NCBI RefSeq assembly: GCF_003334305.1
Contig: NZ_QOWS01000007.1
DNA: 64,000 nt
Reading direction: 5' to 3' (one strand)
Origin: Escherichia coli
GTDB lineage: Bacteria > Pseudomonadota > Gammaproteobacteria > Enterobacterales > Enterobacteriaceae
In this document: positions 13,325-27,532 of the stretch, piece by piece
Numbering within the stretch: position 1 is the stretch's first letter
How the letters are laid out: each line of letters opens with the position of its first letter
Notes under the pieces: generated by a model
What the model was told of the DNA's origin: nothing
The model's database searches: none
The model's input: the letters and a program-made list of their open reading frames with translations, nothing else
Position numbers and translations under genes: made by a program

Positions 13325-13364
13325 GCCTGATGCGACGCTTGCGCGTCTTATCAGGTCTACAGGT
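13325..13364. repeat. REP (repetitive extragenic palindromic) element
   Basis: gcctgatgcgacgc...gcgtcttatcaggtctac imperfect palindrome typical of E. coli REP, between cysA and cysM inside the cysPUWAM operon. Confidence 0.75.
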
Positions 13365-13434
13365 TACAAACCTTGCCATTAAAAAGCCCGGATCGCGGGA
13401 AGCGCCTCCGGGCGTTTAACATTCACTCAACCTA

Positions 13435-14532
13435 TCAGGCGCTTTGTGCGAGAGCAAGTTCCTCATCTCGGGTTTCGATACGCTCGTCGCCGTTATACAG
13501 CCGCGCATGTTGCAGACCAACGAATAAACGCTCGCCACGCTGCGGGGCATCGTCGCCATGCATCACGACCGTCAGCGGTTCGTTGTACCACCCCAGCGGC
13601 TGCACCACTAATTGGGTGTAGTGACCTTTCGGGCTGGCTTCCAGTACCTGTACCGGCAGCGGCGAATCGAGACTGGTACGGCGGCTGATATCCACTTCCC
13701 ACGGGCGCAGGAAGAGATCCACCGGACCCTGATACGCAGGTGTGTAGCCCAGCGGCCAGCGATGCGCGCCAACATGGAACTGCCCGCCGCGAATGGTTCC
13801 CTGCAGGCGGTTCACTTCGCCCATAAATTCGAGTACAAAACGGGTCGCTGGTTCGCGCCATACCTGATTCGGCGCATCAGCCTGTTCAATATTCCCCTGA
13901 CTCATCACCACTACACGATCGGCTACTTCGGTCGCCTCTTCCTGGTCGTGGGTCACGAACACGCTGGTGAATTTCAGCTCTTCATGCAGTTGACGCAGCC
14001 AGCGACGCAGCTCTTTACGCACCTGCGCATCCAGCGCGCCAAACGGTTCATCAAGCAGCAGAATTTGCGGTTCTACAGCCAGCGCGCGCGCCAGCGCCAC
14101 GCGCTGTTTCTGGCCGCCGGAAAGCTGTGCCGGATAACGATCTGCCAGATGAGCAAGCTGCACCATCTCCAGCAATTTTGTCACTTTCGCTTTGATGGCT
14201 GCGGCATTCGGGCGCTCGCGACGTGGCAGCACCGTCAGGCCAAAAGCGATATTGTCGAACACCGTCATATGACGGAACAGCGCGTAATGCTGGAACACGA
14301 AACCGACCTTGCGATCGCGCGCGTGCAGTCGGCTGACGTCGGTGCCGTGGAAGCGAATATGCCCGCTGGTTTGATGCTCCAGCCCGGCGATAATGCGCAG
14401 CAGCGTGGTTTTCCCGGAACCGGACGGCCCCAGCAACGCGACCATCTGACCTGAAGGAATATCCAGTGAGATATCGTTCAGCACCTGGGTGCGACCAAAC
14501 GACTTCTTAATATTGGCAATCTCAATGCTCAT
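13435..14532 (-). CDS. cysA: Sulfate/thiosulfate ABC transporter ATP-binding subunit
   Basis: 365-aa ORF with Walker A (GPSGSGKTT), ABC signature (LSGGQKQR) and Walker B; matches E. coli CysA. Confidence 0.97.
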   Translation of the reverse strand: MSIEIANIKKSFGRTQVLNDISLDIPSGQMVALLGPSGSGKTTLLRIIAGLEHQTSGHIRFHGTDVSRLHARDRKVGFVFQHYALFRHMTVFDNIAFGLTVLPRRERPNAAAIKAKVTKLLEMVQLAHLADRYPAQLSGGQKQRVALARALAVEPQILLLDEPFGALDAQVRKELRRWLRQLHEELKFTSVFVTHDQEEATEVADRVVVMSQGNIEQADAPNQVWREPATRFVLEFMGEVNRLQGTIRGGQFHVGAHRWPLGYTPAYQGPVDLFLRPWEVDISRRTSLDSPLPVQVLEASPKGHYTQLVVQPLGWYNEPLTVVMHGDDAPQRGERLFVGLQHARLYNGDERIETRDEELALAQSA

Positions 14533-15397
14533 GATGTTCCTCCTGCTGTGCGCGTTTATCCTGATTCTCCAGGCGCCACTGCAACATACTTTTTAAAAAC
14601 AGGGTGATAATCGCCATCAGCGTTAACAGTGCCGCAGCGGTAAAGGAGCCGACGGTGTTGTAGTCCTGCTCCAGCAATTCAATCTGTAACGGCAGCGACA
14701 GGGTTTCGCCGCGAATCGAGCCGGAAACCACCGACACCGCGCCAAACTCGCCAATTGCGCGGGCGTTGGTCAACACCACGCCATAAAGCAGCGCCCAGCG
14801 AATGTTCGGCAATGTGACGCGGCGAAACATCTGCCAGCCAGACGCGCCAAGCAAAATCGCCGCTTCGTCTTCCTGGCTGCCCTGGCTTAACATCACCGGC
14901 ACCAGCTCGCGCACCACAAACGGACACGTCACAAAGATGGTGACCAGCACCATTCCGGGCCAGGAGAACATAATTTGCAGATTATGTTCATCCAGCCAGC
15001 CGCCCAGCGGGCCGTTAGAGCCGTAGAACAGCAGATACACCAGACCGGCAACCACCGGCGATACGGCAAACGGAATGTCCAGTAGCGTCAGCAGTAACTG
15101 GCGTCCAGGGAAGTTAAAGCGCGTCACCAGCCAGGCCAGCAGAATGCCGAACACCAGGTTTACCGGTACGGCAATCAGCGCGATCATCACCGTCAGCCAG
15201 ATGGCGTGCAGCATGTCCGGATCGGCCAGATTCTGTAAAACCGGCATCAGCCCCTTGCTGAATGCCTGCACGAAGATGTAAATCATCGGCACCAGCAGGA
15301 TGAACGCTGAAACCAGCATCCCGATGCCAATTAGAAACCATTTGCCCCAGTTAATCGGGCGCGCGTCATAACGCTTCAATTGGGTAACTTCCGCCAT
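14522..15397 (-). CDS. cysW: Sulfate/thiosulfate ABC transporter permease
   Basis: 291-aa polytopic permease; 11-nt overlap with cysA; matches E. coli CysW. Confidence 0.96.
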   Translation of the reverse strand: MAEVTQLKRYDARPINWGKWFLIGIGMLVSAFILLVPMIYIFVQAFSKGLMPVLQNLADPDMLHAIWLTVMIALIAVPVNLVFGILLAWLVTRFNFPGRQLLLTLLDIPFAVSPVVAGLVYLLFYGSNGPLGGWLDEHNLQIMFSWPGMVLVTIFVTCPFVVRELVPVMLSQGSQEDEAAILLGASGWQMFRRVTLPNIRWALLYGVVLTNARAIGEFGAVSVVSGSIRGETLSLPLQIELLEQDYNTVGSFTAAALLTLMAIITLFLKSMLQWRLENQDKRAQQEEHHEH

Positions 15398-16230
15398 TAA
15401 TGACCTACCACACGCCGACCAAAGCGACTTTGCAGAGTGTTAATTGAGAACAGCAGCAGCAGGGATGCCGCGAGGATCACCGAAGCAATCGCGCTCGCCG
15501 CCGGGTAATCAAACTCCTGCAAGCGCACAAAAATCATCAGCGACGTCACTTCCGTCTTCCAGGCGATGTTCCCGGCGATAAATATCACCGCGCCAAACTC
15601 ACCAAGACTACGGGTAAACGACAACGCCACGCCCGCCACCAGCGCTGGAGAAAGTTCCGGCAGCACCACTTTGCAGAAACTCTGCCAGCGCGTTGCACCA
15701 AGCGTTTCCGCCGCTTCTTCATATTCCGGGCCTAACTCTTCCAGCACCGGCTGCACGGTACGCACCACAAACGGAATGCTGGTAAAGGCCATCGCCACCG
15801 CAATACCAAGCCAGGTATAGGTGACTTTGATATCAAACTTCGCCAGCCATTCACCGTAAAAACCGTTTACGGAAAAGAGCGAGGCCAGCGTTAAACCGGC
15901 GACTGCCGTTGGCAGCGCAAAGGGTAAATCCATCAGCGCATCAAGCAGCGTGCGGCCCGGAAAGCGATAACGTGTTAAAATCCACGCCATCAGCAGACCG
16001 AAAACGCCGTTAAAAATCGATGCCACAAACGCCGACAGCAGCGTCACTTTGTAGGCCGCGACCACTTGTGGGTTGGTGATCACCTCCCAGTACTGCGCCC
16101 AGCTCATCTGAGCCAACTGCATCACCAGCGCGGAGAGCGGCAGCAGCAAAATCAGGCACACAAACAGCAGACTGGTGCCGAGGCTTAAGGTAAAGCCCGG
16201 CAGCACGCGTCTTGATGAAACTGCAAACAT
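15397..16230 (-). CDS. cysU: Sulfate/thiosulfate ABC transporter permease
   Basis: 277-aa permease, translationally coupled to cysW by a 1-nt overlap; matches E. coli CysU (CysT). Confidence 0.96.
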   Translation of the reverse strand: MFAVSSRRVLPGFTLSLGTSLLFVCLILLLPLSALVMQLAQMSWAQYWEVITNPQVVAAYKVTLLSAFVASIFNGVFGLLMAWILTRYRFPGRTLLDALMDLPFALPTAVAGLTLASLFSVNGFYGEWLAKFDIKVTYTWLGIAVAMAFTSIPFVVRTVQPVLEELGPEYEEAAETLGATRWQSFCKVVLPELSPALVAGVALSFTRSLGEFGAVIFIAGNIAWKTEVTSLMIFVRLQEFDYPAASAIASVILAASLLLLFSINTLQSRFGRRVVGH

Positions 16231-17246
16231 CAGTTACGCCCCGCCGCTAACAGCTTGTCTAACTCGCCGCCGCTGGTGAAGTGGGTTTTCATCACTTCCG
16301 GCCAGGAGCCAAATTTGTCTTCCACGCGGAACAGCTCGGTCTGCGGGAATTTATCTTTCAGTTTGTCCATGACTTCCGGGTTATTTACGCGGTAGTAATA
16401 GTCGGTGATGATGGTCTGCGCCTGCGGGCTGTAGAGCCAGTTCAGGTAGGCTTTTGCTGCTTTTTCCGTACCGTTGGCCTGCACGTTTTTATCGACCCAC
16501 GCCACCGGGAATTCCGCCAGAATATTGGTTTTCGGGATCACCACTTCAAAGCCCTGTGCTTCATACTGTTTACGGATGTTGTTCACTTCCGATTCAAAGC
16601 TAATCAGCACATCGCCCAGGCCACGCTCGGCAAAAGTGGTGGTTGCGCCACGACCGCCGGTATCGAACACTTCAACATTTTTCAGGAACTGGGTCATAAA
16701 CTGTTCGGTTTTGGCTTTATCGCCACCGTCAGCTTTATCCGCTGCGCCCCATGCCGCCAGATAGGTATAACGCGCGTTACCCGACGTTTTCGGGTTCGGG
16801 AAAATCAGCTTCACGTCGGAGCGCACCAGGTCGTTCCAGTCGTGGATATTCTTCGGGTTGCCCTTACGCACCAGGAAGCCCATGGTGGAGTAGAACGGCG
16901 AGCTATTATTCGGCAGGCGCGACTGCCAGTCAGCCGGGATCAGCTTGCCTTTGTCGTGCAGAATTTGTACGTCGGTCACCTGGTTATAAGTGACAACGTC
17001 GGCTTTTAAGCCCTGCAAAATTGCCAGCGCCTGTTTTGATGACCCGGCATGAGATTGTTTTATCGTCAGTTTGTCGCCGCCGTTATCTTTGGCCCATTGC
17101 TGTTCAAACGGCGGGTTCAGGGCGGCAAACAGCTCGCGGGAGACGTCATAAGAACTGTTCAGCAGTTCCGTTGCCTGTACATGGCCCGCCAGCAGCAGAG
17201 AAGCGACCAGCGCGAGTGAGTTCTTTTTCAGTAAGTTAACGGCCAT
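16230..17246 (-). CDS. cysP: Periplasmic thiosulfate-binding protein
   Basis: 338-aa ORF with signal peptide; first gene of cysPUWAM; matches E. coli CysP. Confidence 0.96.
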   Translation of the reverse strand: MAVNLLKKNSLALVASLLLAGHVQATELLNSSYDVSRELFAALNPPFEQQWAKDNGGDKLTIKQSHAGSSKQALAILQGLKADVVTYNQVTDVQILHDKGKLIPADWQSRLPNNSSPFYSTMGFLVRKGNPKNIHDWNDLVRSDVKLIFPNPKTSGNARYTYLAAWGAADKADGGDKAKTEQFMTQFLKNVEVFDTGGRGATTTFAERGLGDVLISFESEVNNIRKQYEAQGFEVVIPKTNILAEFPVAWVDKNVQANGTEKAAKAYLNWLYSPQAQTIITDYYYRVNNPEVMDKLKDKFPQTELFRVEDKFGSWPEVMKTHFTSGGELDKLLAAGRN

Positions 17247-17416
17247 TGCGCACCCTTATAAATTTAATGACTTTCTAATAGCCATCATATTTATAACGGA
17301 CGTGAAAGGAGTAACGGTTTTATATACCGTTTGGTGATTTGGAAGTTGAAAAGGGAATAAGAACCGGGTTTAAAACGAAATCCTCCCCACAAATGCAGGG
17401 AGGAAACAGAGGTGAA
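17247..17416 (-). promoter_or_regulatory. cysPUWAM promoter region (CysB-dependent in E. coli)
   Basis: 170-bp spacer upstream of cysP; assignment from operon position and established knowledge. Confidence 0.45.
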
Positions 17417-18208
17417 TCAGATACCGACGCTAACCGTCTCCGGCAGTGTGCTGCCGCCATCAATCACATTCTGTGTACCGGTTAAATAGCTGGATTCATC
17501 CGATGCGAGGAAGGCCGCCAGTTCGCCGACTTCCAGCGGATCGGCGAGGCGACGCATCGGGATTGCTTTCGCCATTTCAGTCAGCACCGACTCTGGATCT
17601 TCCGGGTTCGACTGGCGGGCAATGCTTTCCGCCATTGGTGTGCGCACGTATCCCGGGCAAATGGCGTTAACGCGAATACCAGACTGCGCGTACTCCACCG
17701 CCAGCGATTTTGTCAGGCCAACAATCGCCGCTTTCGTTAAGGCGTACGCCGTTTCGCCAGGATCGGCCACCATATCACCAGTGACTGAAGACATCATCAC
17801 AATGCGACCATCTTTGCGCGCAATCATCTCCGGCAGCACCGCCTTCGTGACGTTCCATACGCCTTTAATATTGATATCAATATGGAAATCGCGATCGTCA
17901 TCGCTCATATCGAGGAAACTGCCCAGACGACAAACGCCTGCGTTATTCACCAGGATATCAATGCGCCCTTCTTTTTCCTTCGCGCGTTTGATAGCTGCGG
18001 CTACCGACGCCGGGTCACGCACATCGGCGACAACCGCCGTACAGCGATGACCACGACCACACAGTTCGTCCGCCAGCTTTTCGATCTCAGGGGAGATATC
18101 CAGCAAGATTAGGTTTGCGCCATGACGCGCAAAAGTTCTGGCAATTCCTTCGCCAATTCCCTGCAATGCGCCCGTAATCAGTGCTGTCTTGCCCGTGAGT
18201 TTACCCAT
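17417..18208 (-). CDS. ucpA: Short-chain dehydrogenase/reductase (SDR) family oxidoreductase
   Basis: 263-aa ORF from MGKLTGKTALITGALQGIG (Rossmann TGxxxGIG) with AAGGAG RBS upstream; the track's 22-codon extension is rejected. Confidence 0.92.
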   Translation of the reverse strand: MGKLTGKTALITGALQGIGEGIARTFARHGANLILLDISPEIEKLADELCGRGHRCTAVVADVRDPASVAAAIKRAKEKEGRIDILVNNAGVCRLGSFLDMSDDDRDFHIDINIKGVWNVTKAVLPEMIARKDGRIVMMSSVTGDMVADPGETAYALTKAAIVGLTKSLAVEYAQSGIRVNAICPGYVRTPMAESIARQSNPEDPESVLTEMAKAIPMRRLADPLEVGELAAFLASDESSYLTGTQNVIDGGSTLPETVSVGI

Positions 18209-18336
18209 TTTAATGCTCTCCTTGTTAATACAGAGCGTTACACTCCATTCCCTCTGAAAATACAGGATAAACAAAATATTGCTGCGGATCAGCTCACTAA
18301 TTCAGGAAAATCTCAATCCAGTCGCTGCTTTATGCA

Positions 18337-19194
18337 TCATTTCAGGCGTTGTGTTAGCTCACTGCTGCGCTGAATCATTTTCAATGACTCCACATCATTG
18401 AGTTGCACAAGACCAACAAACAGTAAATCGGTAACAGAATTTTGCGCCGTGCGGGTAGACATCGACGAGCTACGCCATTCGGTTTCACCGGAAACGGTAT
18501 CGAGGGTGAAATGCGCCAGCCGCCGCAGCGGAGAGTCAGTCAGTGAAGTAATGGCAATCACCGTTGCCCCCTGCTTTCGCGCTGCCTCGGCGCACAGCAC
18601 AATCTCTTTTTTACTGCCGCTGTAAGAGATAGCGATTTGTACATCGCCTTTTTTCAGCGCCTGGGAAACGGTGGCCTGTACGTGCGTGTCGGCTTCACAG
18701 GCCACGCGATAGCCAATTTTCATCAGTTTGAACGACAGATCGCGCCCCACCAGCGCCGACCCGCCCAGGCCTGTTATCTGGATAAACGGTGCTTTACTGA
18801 TGACCTCAATGATTTTTTGCAGCCGCGCAAAGTCAAACAACGCGCAGGTCTGTTCCAGCGCCAGCTCTTTTTCGCGATTCAGTTTGCGGGCAATCACTTC
18901 CAGCGAATCATCACTGGTAATCGAACTGTGCAGGTGCAGCGCCGTGGCATTCGTTTTCTCCCGGCTGGCACTGTATTCGCCAATTAACGCCATACGCAAT
19001 TCAGTAAATCCTTGCGCGCCGAGTTTTTGGGCAAATTTCACTATGCTCGACTGGCTAATGCCGAGCTGTTTCGCCATCTGCCGTGAAGAAACGGATTGCA
19101 GCTCACTCACGTTGGCCTGCAGAAAGTCAGCGATTTTTTGCTCGTTTTCGGTGAATTCACTCCCCGCATTGCTTATTTTCGTCAGGTACAACAT
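18337..19194 (-). CDS. murR: RpiR/SIS-family repressor of MurNAc catabolism
   Basis: 285-aa ORF from [11 protein letters not shown] with HTH and SIS domain; matches E. coli MurR (YfeT). The track's 370-aa extension would overlap the murQ start and is rejected. Confidence 0.92.
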   Translation of the reverse strand: MLYLTKISNAGSEFTENEQKIADFLQANVSELQSVSSRQMAKQLGISQSSIVKFAQKLGAQGFTELRMALIGEYSASREKTNATALHLHSSITSDDSLEVIARKLNREKELALEQTCALFDFARLQKIIEVISKAPFIQITGLGGSALVGRDLSFKLMKIGYRVACEADTHVQATVSQALKKGDVQIAISYSGSKKEIVLCAEAARKQGATVIAITSLTDSPLRRLAHFTLDTVSGETEWRSSSMSTRTAQNSVTDLLFVGLVQLNDVESLKMIQRSSELTQRLK

Positions 19195-19357
19195 CTTCCA
19201 CTCTCCTGGGCTGGCAGCATAAATTCCGCTTAAGTTCTTATGACGCTCTTCACACTCTGCGAGTGTAGACTCAATGATTCCTTTAAGTCTGTCAATTCGG
19301 GATATATGATTCCATACATCTGCAATTATTTGATCGTAAATAGTAAGGTCACCACCG
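19195..19357. promoter_or_regulatory. Divergent murR / murQP promoter-operator region
   Basis: 163-bp spacer between divergent murR and murQ; MurR and CRP control is known in E. coli, sites not resolved here. Confidence 0.5.
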
Positions 19358-20254
19358 ATGCAACTAGAAAAGATGATTACTGAATGCTCGAACACCGCCT
19401 CGGCTGAAATTGACCGCGTATCGACGCTGGAAATGTGCCGGATTATCAACGATGAAGATAAAACCGTACCGCTTGCCGTTGAGCGCGTCCTGCCGGATAT
19501 CGCCGCGGCGATCGATGTTATCCACGCCCAGGTCAGCGGCGGCGGTCGTCTGATTTATCTCGGTGCGGGAACATCCGGTCGTCTGGGGATTCTGGATGCC
19601 AGCGAATGTCCGCCCACCTACGGCGTGAAACCGGGTCTGGTGGTTGGTTTGATTGCTGGAGGCGAATATGCCATTCAGCACGCGGTGGAAGGCGCTGAAG
19701 ATAGCCGGGAAGGTGGTGTTAACGATCTGAAAAATATTAATTTAACGGCACAGGATGTGGTGGTTGGCATTGCTGCCAGCGGTCGCACGCCGTATGTGAT
19801 TGCCGGACTGGAATACGCACGCCAGCTCGGCTGCCGCACAGTGGGAATTTCCTGTAATCCGGGGAGTGCCGTTTCCACCACCGCCGAGTTTGCCATTACA
19901 CCGATTGTAGGTGCCGAAGTGGTCACTGGTTCTTCGCGAATGAAAGCAGGCACAGCGCAGAAACTGGTGCTCAATATGCTTTCCACCGGGCTGATGATTA
20001 AATCTGGCAAAGTGTTCGGCAACCTGATGGTCGATGTGGTCGCCACCAACGAAAAACTGCATGTGCGCCAGGTCAATATCGTTAAAAACGCCACCGGATG
20101 TAATGCCGAACAAGCGGAAGCGGCGTTAATTGCCTGCGAGCGCAACTGTAAAACGGCCATTGTGATGGTGCTGAAAAATCTCGATGCCGCAGAAGCTAAA
20201 AAACGCCTGGATCAACACGGCGGCTTTATTCGTCAGGTTTTAGACAAGGAATAA
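19358..20254 (+). CDS. murQ: N-acetylmuramic acid 6-phosphate etherase
   Basis: 298-aa SIS-domain ORF matching E. coli MurQ. Confidence 0.96.
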   Translation: MQLEKMITECSNTASAEIDRVSTLEMCRIINDEDKTVPLAVERVLPDIAAAIDVIHAQVSGGGRLIYLGAGTSGRLGILDASECPPTYGVKPGLVVGLIAGGEYAIQHAVEGAEDSREGGVNDLKNINLTAQDVVVGIAASGRTPYVIAGLEYARQLGCRTVGISCNPGSAVSTTAEFAITPIVGAEVVTGSSRMKAGTAQKLVLNMLSTGLMIKSGKVFGNLMVDVVATNEKLHVRQVNIVKNATGCNAEQAEAALIACERNCKTAIVMVLKNLDAAEAKKRLDQHGGFIRQVLDKE

Positions 20255-20257
20255 CCC

Positions 20258-21682
<1,425 letters not shown>

Positions 21683-21686
21683 TATC

Positions 21687-22991
21687 ATGAAACGGACAAT
21701 GCTCTATCTTTCTCTGCTGGCTGTTAGTTGTAGCGTCAGCGCCGCAAAATACCCTGTTCTGACAGAAAGTTCGCCAGAGAAAGCAGGGTTCAACGTCGAA
21801 CGGCTTAACCAGATGGATCGCTGGATTAGCCAGCAAGTGGACGCCGGTTATCCCGGCGTAAACCTGCTGATCATTAAAGATAATCAGATTGTGTATCGCA
21901 AAGCCTGGGGAGCGGCGAAAAAGTACGATGGCAGCGTGTTGATGGAACAGCCTGTCAAAGCCACCACCGGGACGCTGTATGACCTGGCCTCAAACACCAA
22001 AATGTACGCCACGAACTTCGCCCTGCAAAAGCTGATGAGCGAAGGCAAACTGCATCCTGACGATCGGATTGCGAAATATATTCCGGGGTTTGCCGATAGT
22101 CCAAATGACACCATCAAAGGCAAAAACACGCTGCGGATTTCTGACCTGCTGCATCACAGCGGCGGTTTCCCGGCGGACCCACAATATCCGAATAAAGCGG
22201 TCGCGGGCGCGTTATATTCCCAGGATAAAGGCCAGACGCTGGAGATGATCAAGCGCACGCCGCTGGAGTATCAGCCCGGCAGCAAGCATATTTACAGTGA
22301 TGTCGATTATATGCTGCTTGGATTTATCGTCGAGTCGGTCACCGGTCAGCCGCTTGACCGCTATGTTGAAGAGTCGATTTATCGCCCGCTCGGCCTGACA
22401 CATACGGTATTTAACCCGCTGCTGAAAGGCTTTAAACCGCAGCAAATTGCCGCCACGGAATTGAACGGCAATACCCGCGATGGCGTGATCCATTTCCCGA
22501 ATATCCGCACCTCCACTCTCTGGGGTCAGGTGCACGATGAAAAAGCCTTTTATTCGATGGGCGGCGTTTCCGGGCACGCAGGTTTGTTTTCCAATACCGG
22601 CGATATTGCGGTGTTAATGCAAACGATGCTGAACGGCGGGGGCTATGGCGATGTGCAGCTGTTCAGTGCGGAAACGGTGAAGATGTTCACCACCAGCTCT
22701 AAGGAAGATGCCACTTTTGGCCTCAGCTGGCGCGTGAATGGTAATGCCACCATGACGCCGACGTTTGGCACGCTGGCAAGCCCGCAAACCTACGGTCACA
22801 CTGGCTGGACCGGAACGGTGACCGTTATCGATCCGGTGAATCATATGGCGATTGTGATGTTAAGCAACAAGCCACATTCGCCGGTTGCCGATCCGCAAAA
22901 GAATCCCAATATGTTCGAAAGCGGTCAGCTGCCGATTGCAACGTATGGTTGGGTAGTTGATCAGGTGTATGCGGCGTTAAAGCAAAAGTAA
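21687..22991 (+). CDS. yfeW: Penicillin-binding protein 4B (serine beta-lactamase-fold DD-peptidase)
   Basis: Signal peptide plus SxxK motif (SNTK); start placed at MKRTMLYLSLLAVS 5 nt after the murP stop rather than the track's overlapping extension. Confidence 0.9.
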   Translation: MKRTMLYLSLLAVSCSVSAAKYPVLTESSPEKAGFNVERLNQMDRWISQQVDAGYPGVNLLIIKDNQIVYRKAWGAAKKYDGSVLMEQPVKATTGTLYDLASNTKMYATNFALQKLMSEGKLHPDDRIAKYIPGFADSPNDTIKGKNTLRISDLLHHSGGFPADPQYPNKAVAGALYSQDKGQTLEMIKRTPLEYQPGSKHIYSDVDYMLLGFIVESVTGQPLDRYVEESIYRPLGLTHTVFNPLLKGFKPQQIAATELNGNTRDGVIHFPNIRTSTLWGQVHDEKAFYSMGGVSGHAGLFSNTGDIAVLMQTMLNGGGYGDVQLFSAETVKMFTTSSKEDATFGLSWRVNGNATMTPTFGTLASPQTYGHTGWTGTVTVIDPVNHMAIVMLSNKPHSPVADPQKNPNMFESGQLPIATYGWVVDQVYAALKQK

Positions 22992-22992
22992 T

Positions 22993-23030
22993 AAAAAGGC
23001 CAGTCAGTAATGTTACTGCCTGGCCTTTAA
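22993..23030. terminator. Bidirectional rho-independent terminator between yfeW and yfeX
   Basis: A-tract, long interrupted stem aggccag-cagtaa / ttactg-ctggcct, T-tract; between convergent 3' ends. Confidence 0.8.
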
Positions 23031-23048
23031 TCAATGAATCAGAAACGC

Positions 23049-24032
<984 letters not shown>

Positions 24033-24043
24033 TCAGACGCAAA

Positions 24044-24619
24044 TTAACGCCGCCAGATAATTTTACTGACTTTCCAGTTTTTCAGGGTATCGTCCGAAGG
24101 CATTAACCCTTCAGGACCACTCCATTCCCCGCTGAACTGGTAGCTAATATGTTGACTGCCTTCGGCTTTACATTCGACGGCACGATTATCATCACCATCA
24201 GCTTTTTGGCAATTGCCAAATGCTTTGCTGTAAAGGTCGCTAAACGGTGTACCGATTTTAACACCGGTGTCAGCAGGAATATCGCTATCCAGCACGTCAA
24301 TGCGACTGATCGTGCCTTGATCGCCGTTAATCACCATCGCCACGTTGTCGCCCTTCATCACTTCAAAAAAGCGCACCACGTTGCCGTTCGCGGTTTTCAT
24401 TCCGCTGCGCAGGCGATAATCGCCATCAAGCGCATCGGCAATGGCTTGTTCTTGCAGTGGTGTGGACGCCGTTAATTCACCAACGCCCTGCTCGCTCACT
24501 TTGGTGGACGACCCAAACCAGTTCCACGGGTTAGCGGCCGACCAGTTAACTGACGACATCGTGGAACAGCCGGTCAGCATCAACGGCATAGCGCATAACA
24601 TTAAACGCAGCGATTTCAT
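24044..24619 (-). CDS. yfeY: Lipoprotein
   Basis: 191-aa ORF with lipobox (MLTGCS) after a signal peptide; matches E. coli YfeY. Confidence 0.9.
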   Translation of the reverse strand: MKSLRLMLCAMPLMLTGCSTMSSVNWSAANPWNWFGSSTKVSEQGVGELTASTPLQEQAIADALDGDYRLRSGMKTANGNVVRFFEVMKGDNVAMVINGDQGTISRIDVLDSDIPADTGVKIGTPFSDLYSKAFGNCQKADGDDNRAVECKAEGSQHISYQFSGEWSGPEGLMPSDDTLKNWKVSKIIWRR

Positions 24620-24679
24620 GTCACTTCCTTTGGTTATTCAATAACGTTGCTTGGAGTGCAAATTCACCAAAAAGTGCCG

Positions 24680-25129
24680 TTATTCTTTTTCTTCATTAAA
24701 ACAAGCGCGTAAACGTCGATTGGTCAGCAGCCAGATTAACGCCACAATATCCGCCACTACCAGCGCCAGACCGATACCGCTAACGGATTCACCGTTCAGC
24801 CACAGCCACGGTTGCCAGCAAAGTAAAACCACCTGCGCCAACAGCAACAGAAAATAGAGTACACGCCAGGTGCGAGGAAACGTAGCCCGCCGACCGCTCA
24901 ACAAAAACGCCAGCACCGCCGGAATGCCAGGAATCAGCCCCAGCCAGAAATTATCGTGATCGGGATAAAACAGATTTAGCAGCGCAGTACCCTGCTCGCG
25001 CGACGCACCGGCAATGACAAACAGCACCCAGGTTCGCGCCTGAAGCAATAGCACAAGCCAGAAGAGCAAGGGTAAACGCAGGCGACCGTGCGCATCATAA
25101 TGGACAGGATGAAACTCAGTACTCTTCAT
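24680..25129 (-). CDS. yfeZ: Inner membrane protein
   Basis: Hydrophobic ORF of about 149 aa matching E. coli YfeZ; start could be 2 codons upstream at 25135. Confidence 0.82.
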
Positions 25130-25541
25130 CTTCAATCAAACGCTTACCCAGACTCAGCACGTCGGCGTGTTCATATCCCAGGCGTTCATACATTCCGAGC
25201 ACCATGTCGTTATCTTCCGGCACGTTGATCTGAATTTTCGGGCAGCCACGAGCAATCAGCTTTTTCTCCAGCCGATTAAGCAACGCATTGGCAATCCCAC
25301 GCCCACGAAACTCTGGATGCACGCCAAGATAATAAGCAGACCCGCGATGCCCGTCATAACCGCCCATCACCGTTCCGACCACTTCACCGTTTACCTCAGC
25401 GACCAAAAACAAACTGACGTCATGGTTCATCTTACGCTCGATGTCCATTTCCGGATCGTTCCACGGACGCAGCAAGTCGCAACGCTCCCAAAGGGTGATG
25501 ACCTCTTCGAAATCTTCCTGGCGAAATACGCGTATCTCCAT
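25116..25541 (-). CDS. ypeA: GNAT-family acetyltransferase
   Basis: 141-aa ORF from [14 protein letters not shown] with acetyl-CoA binding motif (VGTVMGG...[10 protein letters not shown]); the track's 37-codon extension is rejected. Confidence 0.9.
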
Positions 25542-25754
25542 GGTATTCGTTACCTTTTTGCGGGTTAAAAGGCTGATTATGGCGTGAACGGTCGAATTAG
25601 CCAATATCTGACGAAAATCGGTTGAAAAAGTGGCATAATGGGGAGTTGTCAACTATTGAAATGAAAAGTAAAACAATTCTCAACATCAAACCGTCGTAAC
25701 GGATTACGCGATACGATATAACATCTGGAACTTTATTATTACAACTCAGGCCGT
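25542..25754. promoter_or_regulatory. Divergent ypeA / amiA-hemF promoter region
   Basis: 213-bp spacer between divergent genes; contains a -10-like cataat. Confidence 0.4.
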
Positions 25755-26624
25755 ATGAGCACTTTTAAACCACTAAAAACACTCACTTCGCGCCGCCAGG
25801 TGCTGAAAGCCGGTTTGGCTGCCCTGACGTTGTCAGGAATGTCGCAAGCCATCGCCAAAGACGAACTTTTAAAAACCAGCAACGGACACAGCAAGCCGAA
25901 AGCCAAAAAATCTGGCGGCAAACGTGTCGTTGTTCTCGATCCAGGTCACGGCGGAATTGATACCGGAGCGATCGGACGCAACGGTTCGAAAGAAAAACAT
26001 GTGGTGCTGGCGATTGCTAAAAACGTCCGTTCCATTTTGCGTAATCATGGGATTGATGCGCGTTTAACGCGTTCTGGCGATACGTTTATCCCACTTTACG
26101 ATCGCGTTGAAATCGCCCATAAACATGGCGCAGATCTGTTTATGTCAATTCATGCCGATGGCTTTACCAACCCGAAAGCTGCCGGTGCTTCGGTATTTGC
26201 CCTCTCTAACCGTGGGGCAAGTAGCGCAATGGCGAAATACCTGTCTGAACGCGAAAACCGCGCCGATGAAGTTGCCGGTAAAAAGGCGACTGACAAGGAT
26301 CACCTATTGCAACAAGTGCTGTTTGATCTGGTGCAAACAGATACCATTAAAAATAGTCTGACGCTCGGCTCGCATATTCTGAAGAAGATTAAGCCGGTGC
26401 ATAAACTGCACAGCCGCAACACCGAACAAGCCGCGTTTGTGGTGTTGAAATCGCCGTCGGTTCCTTCGGTGCTGGTGGAAACCTCGTTTATCACCAACCC
26501 GGAAGAAGAGCGGCTGTTAGGCACGGCGGCGTTTCGTCAGAAAATCGCCACAGCGATTGCTGAAGGCGTGATCAGTTATTTCCACTGGTTCGACAACCAG
26601 AAAGCACATTCGAAAAAGCGATAA
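25755..26624 (+). CDS. amiA: N-acetylmuramoyl-L-alanine amidase AmiA
   Basis: 289-aa ORF with twin-arginine signal (SRRQVLKAGLAAL) and Amidase_3 domain; matches E. coli AmiA. Confidence 0.96.
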   Translation: MSTFKPLKTLTSRRQVLKAGLAALTLSGMSQAIAKDELLKTSNGHSKPKAKKSGGKRVVVLDPGHGGIDTGAIGRNGSKEKHVVLAIAKNVRSILRNHGIDARLTRSGDTFIPLYDRVEIAHKHGADLFMSIHADGFTNPKAAGASVFALSNRGASSAMAKYLSERENRADEVAGKKATDKDHLLQQVLFDLVQTDTIKNSLTLGSHILKKIKPVHKLHSRNTEQAAFVVLKSPSVPSVLVETSFITNPEEERLLGTAAFRQKIATAIAEGVISYFHWFDNQKAHSKKR

Positions 26625-27527
<903 letters not shown>

Positions 27528-27532
27528 CTCCC

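Noticed and set aside
16281-17009. 242-aa plus-strand ORF inside cysP
   Set aside because: Antisense shadow ORF; cysP on the minus strand is unambiguous.
18337-19449. Long 5' extensions in the ORF track (murR to 370 aa; likewise ypeB, zipA, cysM, ucpA, yfeW, yfeX, ypeA, eutK, eutG, eutM, eutS, tktB, nudK, narQ, ypfN, ypfH)
   Set aside because: The extensions overlap upstream genes or promoters and lack RBSs; internal starts reproduce the known protein N-termini and have Shine-Dalgarno sequences.
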